Below, in pieces: positions 10,415 through 22,519 of a stretch of DNA of 54,930 nt. Position 1 is the first letter of the stretch, and every line of letters begins with the position of its first letter. Origin of the DNA: Octopus bimaculoides (taxonomy: Eukaryota); assembly GCF_001194135.2 (NCBI RefSeq), contig NC_068993.1, positions 39,650,448 to 39,705,377 of the forward strand, read 5' to 3'. Made by a program: the position numbers and the translations under genes. Under the pieces are notes generated by a model, which saw only the letters and a list, made by a program, of their open reading frames with translations, was not told the origin of the DNA and searched no databases.

Positions 10415-12425
10415 CATTAAGCGTTTTCTCCTCGCCCCCAGCGATTAATTTCTTCGGTTTCCCCAGAGCAGTCGGACTATTTGTCGCCATTTTTGACCTT
10501 TCCTCGAGTTTCCACTTGGAAAGTTTTTATGAGAATTATTTCCCTTTCAGTGCTTGGTTAACTTATACACCCGTAATTTATGCTCTATTTTCTAAAATTA
10601 GATGCTTTGAAATGAAAACTCCTTCCCTCTCCACTATTTCTTTTTAATTTCATATTTATATACACTTATATCCACTTCTCCTTTTTAAACTTTACTTTTA
10701 CCTAATCTCTTCTTATTCGTATATTCGAAATAGGCAACGATTTCTTATTTGCACATGCTAAAAATCTTGTACTCATAAACACAATGTTTATACACGCTCG
10801 TACTCACATATGAAATGCTTCAAATATTTACACACACACACATTGTTGAGCAACCACCAGGGGTGCATGTTTTAAAATAACTCTGAAAAAATAAAATATA
10901 TATACGAGGTTGGTGTTGAAAAGTTTCTGGCTTTGGATAAAAGGAAATACAAGAGGATCAGTTAATTATAATTTTATTCAACGTATTCCCCTCTCAGAGT
11001 CACATACTTTCGGTTTTCTAAGCCCTGCAAAATAACTCCGAAAGTTGGACCTTCAGCCAGGCCTTTCACGATACCCTTAAAACCAAGAACTTTTCAGCAA
11101 CCCCTCGTACAATTTTTAATTACTTTTTAATGATTCCTGTATATGGCTTNNNNNNNNNNNNNNNNNNNNNNNNNNNNNNNNNNNNNNNNNNNNNNNNNNN
11201 NNNNNNNNNNNNNNNNNNNNNNNNNNNNNNNNNNNNNNNNNNNNNNNNNNNNNNNNNNNNTCTGTGAAGATGGTTGCACACAAATTTTCCTTCTTGAATA
11301 AACAGACGGGTGACTATGGAAGGTTTTCTACGCATGAATTTGGACAAAGGATTTCTATTTTGTCTCTTAGTCAAGAGGAAAGTGTAGTGCTCAAGACTTT
11401 TTGCAGAGCCCACGAAACTTATGATAGCGAGGGAACTGGCCCGAGTGCCAGTAACAGAGATGTCTACATTAAAGTCATCTAAGTGCAAAGATGTGAAATT
11501 ATACCAAGTGATGGCTTAATTTTATAGCCAAAATAGGACAGGGTGGAATTTGAACTCAGACCGTAAACACGGACGAAATGCCGCTAAATATTTGAGAGGG
11601 AAGGGGTTTTCATTTCAAAGCATATAATTTTACAAAATAGAACATAAATTACGGGTGTGTAAGTTAATCAAGCGCTGAAAGAGAAATAATTCTTACAAAG
11701 ACCTTCCAAGTGGAAACACGAGGAAAAGTTTAAAATTACGACAAATAATCCAGCTGCTCTGGGAAAAGCGAAGAAATCAATCACTGAGAGCAAGGAGAAA
11801 AAGCTCAACGGATTTGAACTCAGAGCACAAGTCGAAACAATTACTCTAATGAGTCCTTTACGATGCTCTAACGATTCTGCCAATTTATCGCCCTAGGCTG
11901 AAACTTGGTATTAATTTATGGATCAATGTATGTTCGTGTATATGTCGGCGCGCGTGTATATGTATATAAGTGCGTCAGTGTGTGTGTATATGCGTGTGTT
12001 ATGAGTGTGTGTGTTTTTATGTGCTTCAATGTACTTAACATTGTACTAGGAATCCAAAGGAAAGAAGCTTACATTATATGTTTTTATTACGAGAAAGTTT
12101 CTAATTATTCAAATTACTAATTATACCATAATTAATTTCAGCAAATAACTTCTATTTTCAGCTGAAAATTAGTTTAATAACTTAACATATTCAGAAATGA
12201 TTAAAAATAATAATTAAAAATTAAAAGTTATATATATTTGACTTTTTCAGGATTATTTTAAAACATGCGCCCCTGGTGATTGCTCAACAATTGCGAGTGT
12301 ATATAAACATTTAAAGCATTTGATATATGAATGCGAGCGTGTATATACTTTATATACGTTATGTATACAATATATACGAATGTGTAGAAATATGTATGTT
12401 AGGAAATGTTTGCTTATTCCTTGCA
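10415..12425. repeat. Two pairs of diverged inverted copies: 10415-10631 vs 11594-11810 and 10725-10902 vs 12231-12425
   Basis: Direct reverse-complement alignment, e.g. AACTTATACACCCGTAATTTATG vs CATAAATTACGGGTGTGTAAGTT and GGGGTGCATGTTTTAAAATAA vs TTATTTTAAAACATGCGCCCC. Confidence 0.8.
10903..11109 (-). mobile_element. mariner-derived MITE (copy with both TIRs and TA TSDs)
   Basis: TA-CGAGG(T)TGGTGTTGAAAAGTT ... AACTTTTCAGCAACCCCTCG-TA; internal sequence is the reverse complement of the copies at 6725 and 22118. Confidence 0.8.
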
Positions 12426-12598
12426 AATTAATATAGTATCTCATTTCCTTTGAAATTTACATTTACAAAAATGTTTTAATTAGAACATATTTTTAATTAC
12501 TAATGGTATATTAATCAAAAGGCTTTACATTGATTTCATTTCATTTGATACAATCCCCCTTCTAATATAACCATACAACACGAAAGGCATGCAAATAG

Positions 12599-12633
<35 letters not shown>

Positions 12634-12726
12634 TGTTTGTGTGTGTGTGTGTGTTTGTGTTTGTGTGTGTGTGTGTGTGTATGTATAATGTCATCATCAT
12701 TATCACCACCAGCACAATAATAATGC

Positions 12727-12988
12727 TTTCAAATGTTGTCACAAGGCCAGCAATTTCGGGGGGAGGGAAAGTCAATTACGCCGACCGCAGTGTTCAACTA
12801 TTACTTTTTTCATTGCCCCCAAANNNNNNNNNNNNNNNNNNNNNNNNNNNNNNNNNNNNNNNNNNNNNNNNNNNNNNNNNNNNNNNNNNNNNNNNNNNNN
12901 NNNNNNNNNNNNNNNNNNNNNNNNNNNNNNNNNNNNNNNNNNNNNNNNNNNNNNNNNNNNNNNNNNNNNNNNNNNNNNNNATAATAAT

Positions 12989-13046
<58 letters not shown>

Positions 13047-13262
13047 GTTTCAAATCTTGCCACAAGAGCAGCAGTTTTTGGAGAGGAGATGAGTTGATTA
13101 CATCGACCCCAGTGTTCAACTGGTACTTATTTTATCGACCCCGAAAGGATGAAAGGCAAAGTCGACCTCGGCGCTATTTGAACTGAGAACGTTAAAGACG
13201 GACGAAATGCCCCGAAGCATTTTGCCTGGCGTGTTAATGGTTCTGCTATCTCACAGTCTTAA
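12727..13262 (-). mobile_element. Two adjacent Deu/Nin-type SINE copies (3' part 12727-12823 ending at gap; full copy 13046-13262)
   Basis: GACCCCGAAAGGATGAAAGGCAAAGTCGACCTCGGCG core in the second; both begin with TTTCAAAT..TG.CACAAG. Confidence 0.8.
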
Positions 13263-14538
13263 TAACAATGATAGCAACAACAATAATAATTATGATAATA
13301 ATAATAATAGCTTCAAATTTTGGTACAAGGTTAGCAAACTTGGGGATGGAAATTTGGTTTAAAAAATTGTATTTTTTGCTTTCTCATCTTAGATCAAAGT
13401 GTATGAAGAAAATATAGGATGACATTACATGGAATATGAATCAGTATCAAAATCAAAAGGAATACAGAAATGTAATATATCGAAATATTGAAGTGAGCTC
13501 GAACATTTGCAGACATTTAAGGAAGAAAACTTCACATGCTTAGCATCGATAAAATCATTCATACTAATAGGTAATGCAACAATGTGACACGCATAGATGA
13601 AACCCTGCGTCATACACACAAAAAAGTCAGGTCAGTTATCAGGCGATTCGGAATTGTAGACATCGATATGCATTTAAAATTAATCAGTCGTCTGAGAAAC
13701 GGAAGCGTGAAACTCCTAGTAGCGATTCACGCACATAGATATTTGTGTATGAGTGTGTATGTGTATGTATGTATGTATATGCACACATGTGTATGGGAGT
13801 GTTAGAAAGGGAAGAGAGCGAGTATGATTATGTGCAGGAATGAATGAAGTAACATCTGAGTGACACAACGTATCTGCCACGCACAGACACGCGTGCACAT
13901 ACACATATACATGATACATAAACGCATTCATACAATCACACACACACATATCTATTATATATCTCAGTGTCTGTAAATATATATATATATATATATATAT
14001 ATANNNNNNNNNNNNNNNNNNNNNNNNNNNNNNNNNNNNNNNNNNNNNNNNNNNNNNNNNNNNNNNNNNNNNNNNNNNNNNNNNNNNNNNNNNNNNNNNN
14101 NNNNNNNNNNNNNNNNNNNNNNNNNNNNNNNNNNNNNNNNNNNNNNNNNNNNNNNNNNNNNNNNNNNNNNNNNNNNNNNNNNNNNNNNNNNNNNNNNNNN
14201 NNNNNNNNNNNNNNNNNNNNNNNNNNNNNNNNNNNNNNTATATATATACATATGTGTTTTTAAGTGTCTGTGTGTGTGTATGTATATCCATGTATCTTTA
14301 CGCGCGTGCACACACACACAGAGAAAGTGGGAGAGAAACAGACAGACAGACAAAGACGAGAGAAAGGAAAGGAGAACGAGTGCTTTAGTTGAAAGTAGAG
14401 GGGAGCAAAAACCAAGACAAAAAAAAATAGAAAGAAAAAGTGAGAGAGCGAGAGAGAGAGAGAGAGAAGGAGAAAGTGCTGGGATTCTGGAATGTACGTA
14501 TAACAACAGTGGAATGTTTTTGTCTTCTTTTGTTGCAG

Positions 14539-14600
14539 TCTACTTTTATTGCAACATTGGGGTTTACAATGGAGTTTTTATTCATTGCTTTTCCAATTTG
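14539..14600 (+). CDS. Candidate 62-nt internal exon
   Basis: Acceptor TTTTTGTCTTCTTTTGTTGCAG|, donor TTG|GTGAGA; all three frames open (e.g. LLLLQHWGLQWSFYSLLFQF or STFIATLGFTMEFLFIAFPI). Confidence 0.35.
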
Positions 14601-14739
14601 GTGAGAAGCTTTTCGCATTGACCGATTTTTATAGCGCTACCCTATTGTACACTAAGATCGGAGGAATCATCATAGTCTTTGCCACTATTATTATTGCTAT
14701 TGTTCAGCGATATAGTTATCATGGCTATTATTCTTATTG

Positions 14740-14740
<1 letters not shown>

Positions 14741-14774
<34 letters not shown>

Positions 14775-14799
14775 GTCATCATCATCATCATCATCATCA

Positions 14800-14863
<64 letters not shown>
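14741..14863. repeat. (CAT)n(TAT)n compound microsatellite
   Basis: Direct reading. Confidence 0.98.
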
Positions 14864-14865
<2 letters not shown>

Positions 14866-14866
<1 letters not shown>

Positions 14867-15091
14867 AGGCAGTGAGATAGCAGAATCGTTAGCGCGTCGG
14901 ACAAAAAAAAGTCTTGGCGGCATTACTTCCGGCTTCTTACGTTTGAAGCTCGGAGTTCAAATTCCGTCGAGGTTGTCCTTGCCTTTCATCCTTTCGAGAT
15001 CGATAAAAATAAATACTAGTTGAACAATTTGGGTCGATGTGATCGTCTTACCCCTCACCCGAAATTGTTGGCCTCGTACCTAGATTTGAAA
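14866..15091 (+). mobile_element. Deu/Nin-type SINE between microsatellite tracts
   Basis: AAGGCAGTGAGATAGCAGAATCG head, GGAGTTCAAATTCC, GCCTTTCATCCTTTCGAGATCGATAAAAT. Confidence 0.8.
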
Positions 15092-15200
15092 TCATCATCA
15101 TCATTACTATTATTGTTGTTGTTGTTGTTGTTGCTATTATTATTATTATTATTTTTTTTTTTATTATTATTATATTGTTGTTGTTGTTGTTGGTATTACA

Positions 15201-15239
<39 letters not shown>

Positions 15240-15302
15240 GTTATTATTATCATTATTATCATCATCATCATCATCATCATTATTATCATTATTATCATTA
15301 TT
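15092..15302. repeat. (CAT)/(TTG)/(TAT) compound tract at the Dong 3' junction
   Basis: Direct reading. Confidence 0.95.
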
Positions 15303-16884
15303 GCCTTTGCACAGCTTCTAACGCTGGAGATGTACTACGGTGTCAACGGAGTATTCGAGCAGTTCCAAGTAGTGCTATTTTCTGCAAGTGCTCCACGCTT
15401 ATTGTGGCGTACATTGACTGGTAATATACCATACGGTTTCACCATTTTGTTCACAGATTCTGCAGTTATCACTTTCTAGTGTGTTATCTATTCTGTATTT
15501 TATGTAATTTGTTCTTAGTGCTTGCTCTTGGGCAGCACAGATTAAAGCCTCCTTTTCCGGTTTTAAATCACTTTTAGTCATCTACAGCCATCTTTTTTCT
15601 CTGTCTGTCTTATCTTTAAATTTCCCAAGCATTATTTTCTTTATTCACTTATTTTACAGATTCATTCGTTTTCAGTTGCATGTACAGTGCTTTATCTTTG
15701 CAATCTTTCATCCTACACAAGCCTGACCTTCTAACTTCCAATAACAGCGGTTCTGTGGCATTTTTTGGTACTTCTGCGCTTACGGTTGCACCCCTTCTGC
15801 TCATGTGGCAATTTCTCCATTTTTGCCAGATGTTCGTACATTGACTGTGAGTATTCCAGTCAATAATTTCCACATAAGTAGCAAGCAGGATATCGGCCTG
15901 TAATTGTGTACCGTATTGCCTTTTTCGACGTTTTTCAATTACAGCACTGTCCTACCCAATGTCAACCACTCTGGTGTTACATGGTCGGCATTTAACAAAG
16001 TGTTGAGTTGTGTAGCTATTGGTGCATGACATTCACCAAATCTTTTGCTCCAGTAGCCTTGAACTCCATCTAGTCCTGGGGCCTTTCAGTTGCTCATTTT
16101 TCTGCTGATTTCCTTCACTTCCCTAACTGAAATGACTAGTTATGCCTGTTTTTGACAGACTACTGTTTGCTTCAGTTCTTGCAACCATTCATCATACTTC
16201 TTGTGCTCCTTGCCTGTGCTCCAGATGTCACTCCAAAACCTTTGACTTTCATTGTTATCTGGTATCAACTTTTCATCAGTTCACTCTCCATATATTTCTT
16301 TATAGAATCTCTTCTGATCTACTCTCAATAACCTATTTTGCTGGTAACCTTTCTTTCTTTGGTCGTATCTTACCATCTTTGTTTTTTTTGCAACGAGGTG
16401 CTGTTTCAGTTCGTCCATTACCACTTTCAGGCCCTTTCTTTCAATATTATACTTCCTTTTCAGTGCCCTGTATTTTTGTTCTCTTTTAAGCTCTCCTTTC
16501 TCATTTCGGTCTAACACAGAAATGTCCTTCGAGAGCATATCTAACTCCGCCTGTATTCTTCTTTTCCACCATGGATATTTTCTTTTGTCACTCCCATTAC
16601 ATTTCTTTTTCTTGACATCAACACCCACGTTTTCTGCTACAACAATACTTGCTGCCTTGATCAAATTATTTGTTTCTGTGATGTTGTAAGTTCTGATGTT
16701 TTTCAGAATTTCATTCACATTTTTGGTTTCTTGGTTCATTTTCCACCGATCAACCTTTTTAAGGTTGCAAATAATGTCGCTATCGTTCTCCTTTATTTTG
16801 TCGTAGATTGCCTTTTGTTCATCTGTCATGTCACTATTAGTTTTATTGTCTTCTTTCAGATCATCTCACATCGAGTAAGCTACC
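15303..16884 (-). mobile_element. R4/Dong-clade non-LTR retrotransposon, decayed, with two large internal deletions, inserted in (TAA)n
   Basis: Minus-strand translation gives R4/Dong-type segments: PWWKRRIQ...ELKQHLVAKK..RYDQR..YQQNRL...QKRFY (ORF 16281-16829); N*KAPGLDGVQGYWSKRF and [22 protein letters not shown] (early RT); LKPEKEALICAAQEQALRT..CRIC...ETVWYITSQC (CCHC-type region, ORF 15399-15581); C-terminal LQKIALLGTARILR. Both ends abut TAA-type repeats. Confidence 0.9.
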
Positions 16885-17019
16885 TATTATTATTATTATT
16901 ATTATGTTTTTTTTTCTTCTTTCTTCAAATTTTTTCCCATTTCTCGCCGAGTGTTTTCCGTACACCTAGGGCAGAGAAACGTTGTATGCATTCCCAATTT
17001 ACACACGCAAATTCATAAG

Positions 17020-17330
17020 CAGTGAGATAGTATAATTGTTAGTGCTGCAGACAAAACTTCTTAGTGGCATTACTTCCAGCTTCTTACGTCTTAGGTTCGG
17101 ATTTGCAATCCCGCTGAGATTCACTTTGCCTTTCATCTTTTCGGGGTCGATAAATTAAGTACCAGTTGCGTACTGGGGTCGATGTAATCGGTTGGTTCAC
17201 TCCTCCAAAATTTCGGACCTTTTACCTAGAATAGAAAAGAACATAAGTCAATTACTGGAGTCGATGTACTCGGCTATCCCTATCCCGACAATTTTCAGGC
17301 CTTATGCCTATAATAGAAAGTATCATTATT
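17020..17330 (+). mobile_element. Deu/Nin-type SINE with a duplicated 3' end
   Basis: Core CTTTGCCTTTCATCTTTTCGGGGTCGATAAATTAAGTACC; ACTGG(G/A)GTCGATGTA..CGG...AATTT.(C)AGG.CTT...CCTA.AATAGAAA occurs twice. Confidence 0.75.
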
Positions 17331-17439
17331 AAAAATTGTTCGACTAAATATTCTTTTCTCTTTTTTACTGTTCTTTTTTCTTCCTTTTTCCATTTCCAAA
17401 ATTGAAGTCTGATGAAGTAATTCTGTCAAAGTCGAAACC

Positions 17440-17640
17440 CATCACTGATCCTTGTTGGAGCCACTCTAGTATCAGGAGGACTGAGTCACAAGCTATGCAT
17501 AATTGCTTCTATATCTGCTCAACTTGATCTCACTTGCAACCATTCTTTACCTTGTAGAATCGATCACCTATAAAGACATTGGAGTCTAAGTTTGAAGTTT
17601 TTGAGCTACTAAGTGTATTCTATACTGAGAATCTCTGGAT
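17440..17640 (-). pseudogene. Possible decayed CR1/L2-type RT fragment
   Basis: Minus strand frameshifted TRVAP-QGSVMG resembles GVPQGSVLGP; upstream HLVAQKLQT resembles H..LL.KL. Confidence 0.3.
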
Positions 17641-17811
17641 CTCATCTGTGAACTATATTTTATGTATTATGCATACTTTTATCTCACCTTCCTCCCCACT
17701 TTCCTTTTTTTAATCCAAGACGCCATTTTTTATGCAACCATCTCCCATCACATACTACTAACTGTCCTTGTAATGCTCTCTTCGTCGGACGTCTTTGCAG
17801 CAAACAAAGGG

Positions 17812-18363
17812 AATTATTCTTTTCCATTCTAGGCACAAAGCACGAAATTTCGGGAGAGGGGGCGGGGCAGTCGATTAGATCGACCCTGGTACGCAACTGG
17901 TACTTAATTTATAGACCCCGAAAGGATGGAAGGCAAAGTCGACCTCGGCGGAATTTGAACTCAGAGCGTAAAGACAGACGAAATACTGCTAAGCATTTCG
18001 TCCGGCGTGCTAACGTTTCTGCCTGCTCGCCACCTTAACCAAATGGAATTATTGTCGCCGTTATGATGATGATGATGATGAGGAGGAGGAGGAGGGGGAT
18101 GATCATGATCATCATTATAACTATTACATACTATATTAGACATCGATTTCAAATTTTTGCACAAGGCCAGCAATTTAGAGGGAGGGAGTATGTCGATTAC
18201 ATCGATCCCAGTGTTCAACTGGTAATTATTTTATCGGTCCTGAAACGATGAAAATTGAAGATGACCTCAGCGAAAGGTGAAGATGAACTCAGAGCGTTAA
18301 GACGGACGAAACGCCGTTAAGCATTATGCCCGGCGTGATAACGATTCTGCCAGCTCACCGCTT
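17812..18363 (-). mobile_element. Two tandem Deu/Nin-type SINEs (17812-18036 and 18142-18363)
   Basis: Both show the reverse-complement core and end in CTGCC.GCTC.CC; separated by a (GAT)/(GGA) tract. Confidence 0.85.
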
Positions 18364-18374
18364 AGTTATTAAGG

Positions 18375-18740
18375 ATTCTGTCTTAAGTTTTAGTGACAAC
18401 AAGCATCGCAAGAATTTTTCTTAGGATTGTTGACGTATGTAGGATTTAACTTCTCTGCAGATCACCAATACAGGTGTCAGTTCTAGTATCATTCAGTTTC
18501 TCAGGTACCTGTTTGTGTGTTGTGCCGAGTAAACTACTTACCGTAGGAATAGCTGTCGTATTCGTCTTCCACAAACACTTATCCTCACATGTTTCACGAA
18601 TTTTTCCAATTTCCTTGATGTCCACTGTGTTATCATATGGTGCTGTCAATTATATAATTCAGTTTAGTTATTTTGTTCTCTATAATAATATCCGGTTTCT
18701 TTGCTTCAAAAGTATGGTCAGTCCCATAAAATACTATAAT
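18375..18740 (-). mobile_element. R4/Dong-clade fragment: restriction-like endonuclease and C-terminus
   Basis: Minus strand shows WD..., KPDI, then APYDNTVDIKEIGKI...LWKT...IPTVSSLLG...K...DLQRS and ILRKIL, matching the RLE tail pattern of R4/Dong ORFs; several stops/frameshifts. Confidence 0.7.
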
Positions 18741-19047
18741 TTTTATTCTCTATCACAGCCTCTCGTTCGCATTCCATACTAATTTTCAATTATTTTGAAG
18801 CCACATATTCAGCTAACCTGAACCTCATCTAAATCGAAATAGTGGACAGGAATATGGCCAGTAACGTTCCAGCTTTCCCCATTCCGTTATATATTTATTT
18901 ATATTCGGAAAAAAGTAATTATTGTATCTTTCCATTGTTTAAGATGGTAGAATTTCATTCTGGAGGTGATTGGGCTGCTATTTCTTTATTTGTGTATTGA
19001 AAACCAAGAATCATTTTAAATTAGAATGCCAAACAGAGTTTGTTATA

Positions 19048-19260
19048 ATTGATTTCAAATTTTGGCACAAAGCCAGTAATTTTGGGGGAGGAGTAAGTTG
19101 ATTACACTGACCTTAATATTCAGCTGGAACTTATTTTATCGACCCCGAAAGGAAGAAAGACAAGATCAACCACGGCTGAATTTGAACTCAAAACGTGAAG
19201 ACGAACGAAATGCTGCCAAACATTTTACCTGGAGTGCGTAATGGTTCTGCCAGTTTGTCA
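19048..19260 (-). mobile_element. Deu/Nin-type SINE
   Basis: TTTATCGACCCCGAAAGGAAGAAAGACAAG...AATTTGAACTCA. Confidence 0.8.
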
Positions 19261-19628
19261 CATTTAAACATTTAGAGAGGTAGTGATAATTATGAAAGGA
19301 AAAGAATATTCGTTGTTTTTTTCTTGTTTTGTTTTGTTTTGTTTTTTTGATTTGACAAACTTTGTTATTGTGCTGTAAATATTCATTGAACATTTTACAT
19401 TTAAGTTTTATAATAATACGGATATAACAGAATCTTGAGTAGTCTACAACTAGTTTTAATTGTAATTTTCAACTATAAAGCTCTCTACATTATCCAAGCA
19501 TACATTTTCAACAATTTCGAAAGATAATCAAATGTGTGGTTCATATATGTGTTCACTGCGTGTGTATATGCGCACTGTGTGTGTATGTGCGCGCGCGCGT
19601 ATGTGACTCATATATATACATATGTATA

Positions 19629-19684
<56 letters not shown>

Positions 19685-21233
19685 CATTCACTAACATAAA
19701 TTGGTGTGTTACATGGCTTGTGTGTGTGTGTATATATATATTTAAGTATTTATATGAATGTGCATGTGTGTACGTATGTGTGTATGTATGAATGGATCTG
19801 TGAATGTAAATTTGTGCGGTTTGTTAAATCTAGTCACTTCCGCCATTTTAGTGGCATAAACTGAAGACTAGATGAATCGTGTGTTGTAGATTCACACACC
19901 ATATGCACACACACAAAATAAAAAAAAACACACACACAAACACATGCACACACACACACACAAACACACACATAACTATACAGATATTCACAAGCCATGA
20001 ATTAACTACTTTATTGTAGATCTGGTTATGATTGTATGTAAGATCTCTGAGATACCTACAGGAAAAACATGTCGAAGAGAGAGATCTCAACTGTTCAGCT
20101 TTGTGTTTTGTTTATCTCTTGTATTCTGACTTTGTCTTTGGAATGAAATTGAGAAAAATAAAATCGTTTATAGTTTCAGCTTTTATCAAAAACACTCTTG
20201 GTGTTCGCATCCGGCGTGAGGGATAGCAATACATCTGAAGAAAAACATCCGGGACCCAATTTTATCATGTTCTTTAGTAGAAACTACAACACAAAGCAAG
20301 TGTTTCTGCGAGCTGTTCACTGTCTTAAAGTGTTTTTAGATAAACGATTGGCAGGGGCTGTAAGAAACCGATTCTTTAGATGCAGAAGTTTGGCACTGGA
20401 AATATCACACTGCGATGCTTTACCGTTGTTCCTCCTTCACTTAACATTAGGGATTTCTTTCTTATTATTATACTTTCATTTTGAAATCAGATTTTCCTTT
20501 CCTTTCTTTCTTTTCCTTTTCTTTCTTTTTTCGTCTTTCTTTTTATGATTTACCCTGATCTTTATTCCCTTATGTCTCCACATCTCTTTTTTACTCCTTC
20601 CCTATTTCGTTTCTTTCTATAATTCTCTATCAGTTCCGTCTATCTCTCTTCCATTTTTCTTCATCTCTTTCTTACATCGTTGTATCCTTATATGTTCTCC
20701 TCTTTTTTTAGACACTTTTTCTCTTTCTTTTTATATTCTTAGATTCATTTTCTTTCTTTTTATTTATTTTGTTCATTCTTTCTTTATTGATTTCTTCTTT
20801 CCACTGTTTTATCTTTCCCTCTTTCTTTTTTCCTCCATTTATCTTACTACCTTTTGTTTCTCGCTTTCTTCAGCTTTACTTCTTCTTCAACCTTTTTCTT
20901 TTCTTTCTTTCTTCCTTCCTCTTCTTATTATATCATATCTCTATATTTTTCTTTCTTTCCTTCCTACCTCTTGTTTTCTTTCTTTCTTTCGTTTTCGCTT
21001 TTTTCCTTTTATGTCTGAATATTTTATATTTGTCTTTTTATCACTTTCTGATCATTTTCTTTCATTTTTATGACCATCGGATATATATTTCATATACATA
21101 CACCATACAATCATACATACATACTTACATACATACACGCATAAATACATACATATAAAACCTACATATGTGTGTGCATGTGTGCATATATATGTATATA
21201 TATATATATATATATGCACACATATATACGTAT

Positions 21234-21306
<73 letters not shown>

Positions 21307-22117
21307 TATATACGTATGCATATACATACATATATAAACATACACAAACGCACATGCACACAAGTACACACACACACAATGTTATTCCAAATATTAACAC
21401 CAAATATTAACTTTTGTATTGCGGTGTTTATCAGAGTGAGAAAGCCTGTGAAAGAGAAACAGAAAGAGAGAGCGAGAGAGAGAAAGAGAGAGAGGGAGGG
21501 GGGAGAAGGGGGGGATATATTGCCTCGATGCCATCTTATTCATATCATCACACAACTGCTCACCTCCGTCACCATCACTATCACCTCACGCTAATATTTC
21601 CGTGAACCTATGAAAGACATCTCCCGCTATTGCAGTAACAATAAAAAAAATGTCTTTCCAGCCTCTTGCAACTACCAACACAATTTCTGGTCAGTAAGGG
21701 GACGTCTTTGCTGTAGCTTGACGTATTAGAACCTGCTAGAAATAACAACCAAATGTTCTTTGTATCACGCTTTGCATCTTTTAGTCAACGATATCTCCTG
21801 GGCAGACATTAAACTTCAACATTGGTGACATTCCCGACTGAGAGTTCATGTCTTTGGAGCAGTGTTGATATATTTTCCAAGTTACCACTACTTCCAGGTC
21901 GACGGTAATCATTCTAGGTCTCCAGTTATGAGTCGGATAGTAGAAGCGTGTACTGTAGATACGGTTTATAGGACTTGGAAGACGGATGGGCCCTATCACA
22001 CGTCATGCAAACCTCAGTGAGTGAGAAAAATGCTTTGTTATCACGTGAATTAGTCCCCCTGCCTAAGAGTTAATAAGCCTTATCTTTCAGGGAAAATCTC
22101 AGAAAAACAGGAAACTA

Positions 22118-22338
22118 TACGAGGGGTTGTTGAAAACTTCCTGGCTTTAAAGATATCGCGGAAAGCCAGGTTAAAGGCCCAACCTTCCGAGATCTCTTAC
22201 AGGGCTTAGAAAAACTGAAGGACCGCTGCAATAAATGAGTGAATCTGAGAGGGGAACATGTTGAATAAAATCCTAATTAACTGATTCTCTTGTATGGTCT
22301 TTTACCCAAAGCGAGGAACTTTTTAGCATCCCTTCGTA
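22118..22338 (+). mobile_element. mariner-derived MITE
   Basis: TA-CGAGGGGTTGTTGAAAAC ... GAACTTTTTAGCATCCCTTCG-TA; internal ...AATCTGAGAGGGGAACATGTTGAATAA. Confidence 0.8.
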
Positions 22339-22519
22339 AACTAGTAGAAAGCAATGGTGGGGAAAACATTTCTGTATCTTTCTCAAAAATATCATGGGTC
22401 TTCAGAATAAGGCGTGGAGGTCAATGAGCACCGACACTCGCAGGAAAGATACATGAAGAGAGAAAAGTAAGTGAATCATAGAGATATTTACTCAGTTTCC
22501 CTGGAATATAAGTGGCCGA

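Noticed and set aside
11261-11488. ORFs after the gap (DDFNVD, like the GDFN endonuclease motif)
   Set aside because: Only one loose motif; rest does not align convincingly, so not called.
17409-17440. Hammerhead-like CTGATGA...CGAAAC
   Set aside because: Stem II has only one clear pair and no stem I/III with a cleavage triplet can be built.
19990-20050. Minus-strand LRR-like YLRDLTYNHNQI after a good acceptor
   Set aside because: Single imperfect repeat, no good donor, phase not compatible with the first-exon candidate.
21781-22060. GC-balanced island with short ORFs
   Set aside because: No recognisable motif in any frame; may be an unrecognised decayed repeat.
22406-22466. Plus-strand exon ending AA|GTAAGT
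   Set aside because: Stops in all three frames.
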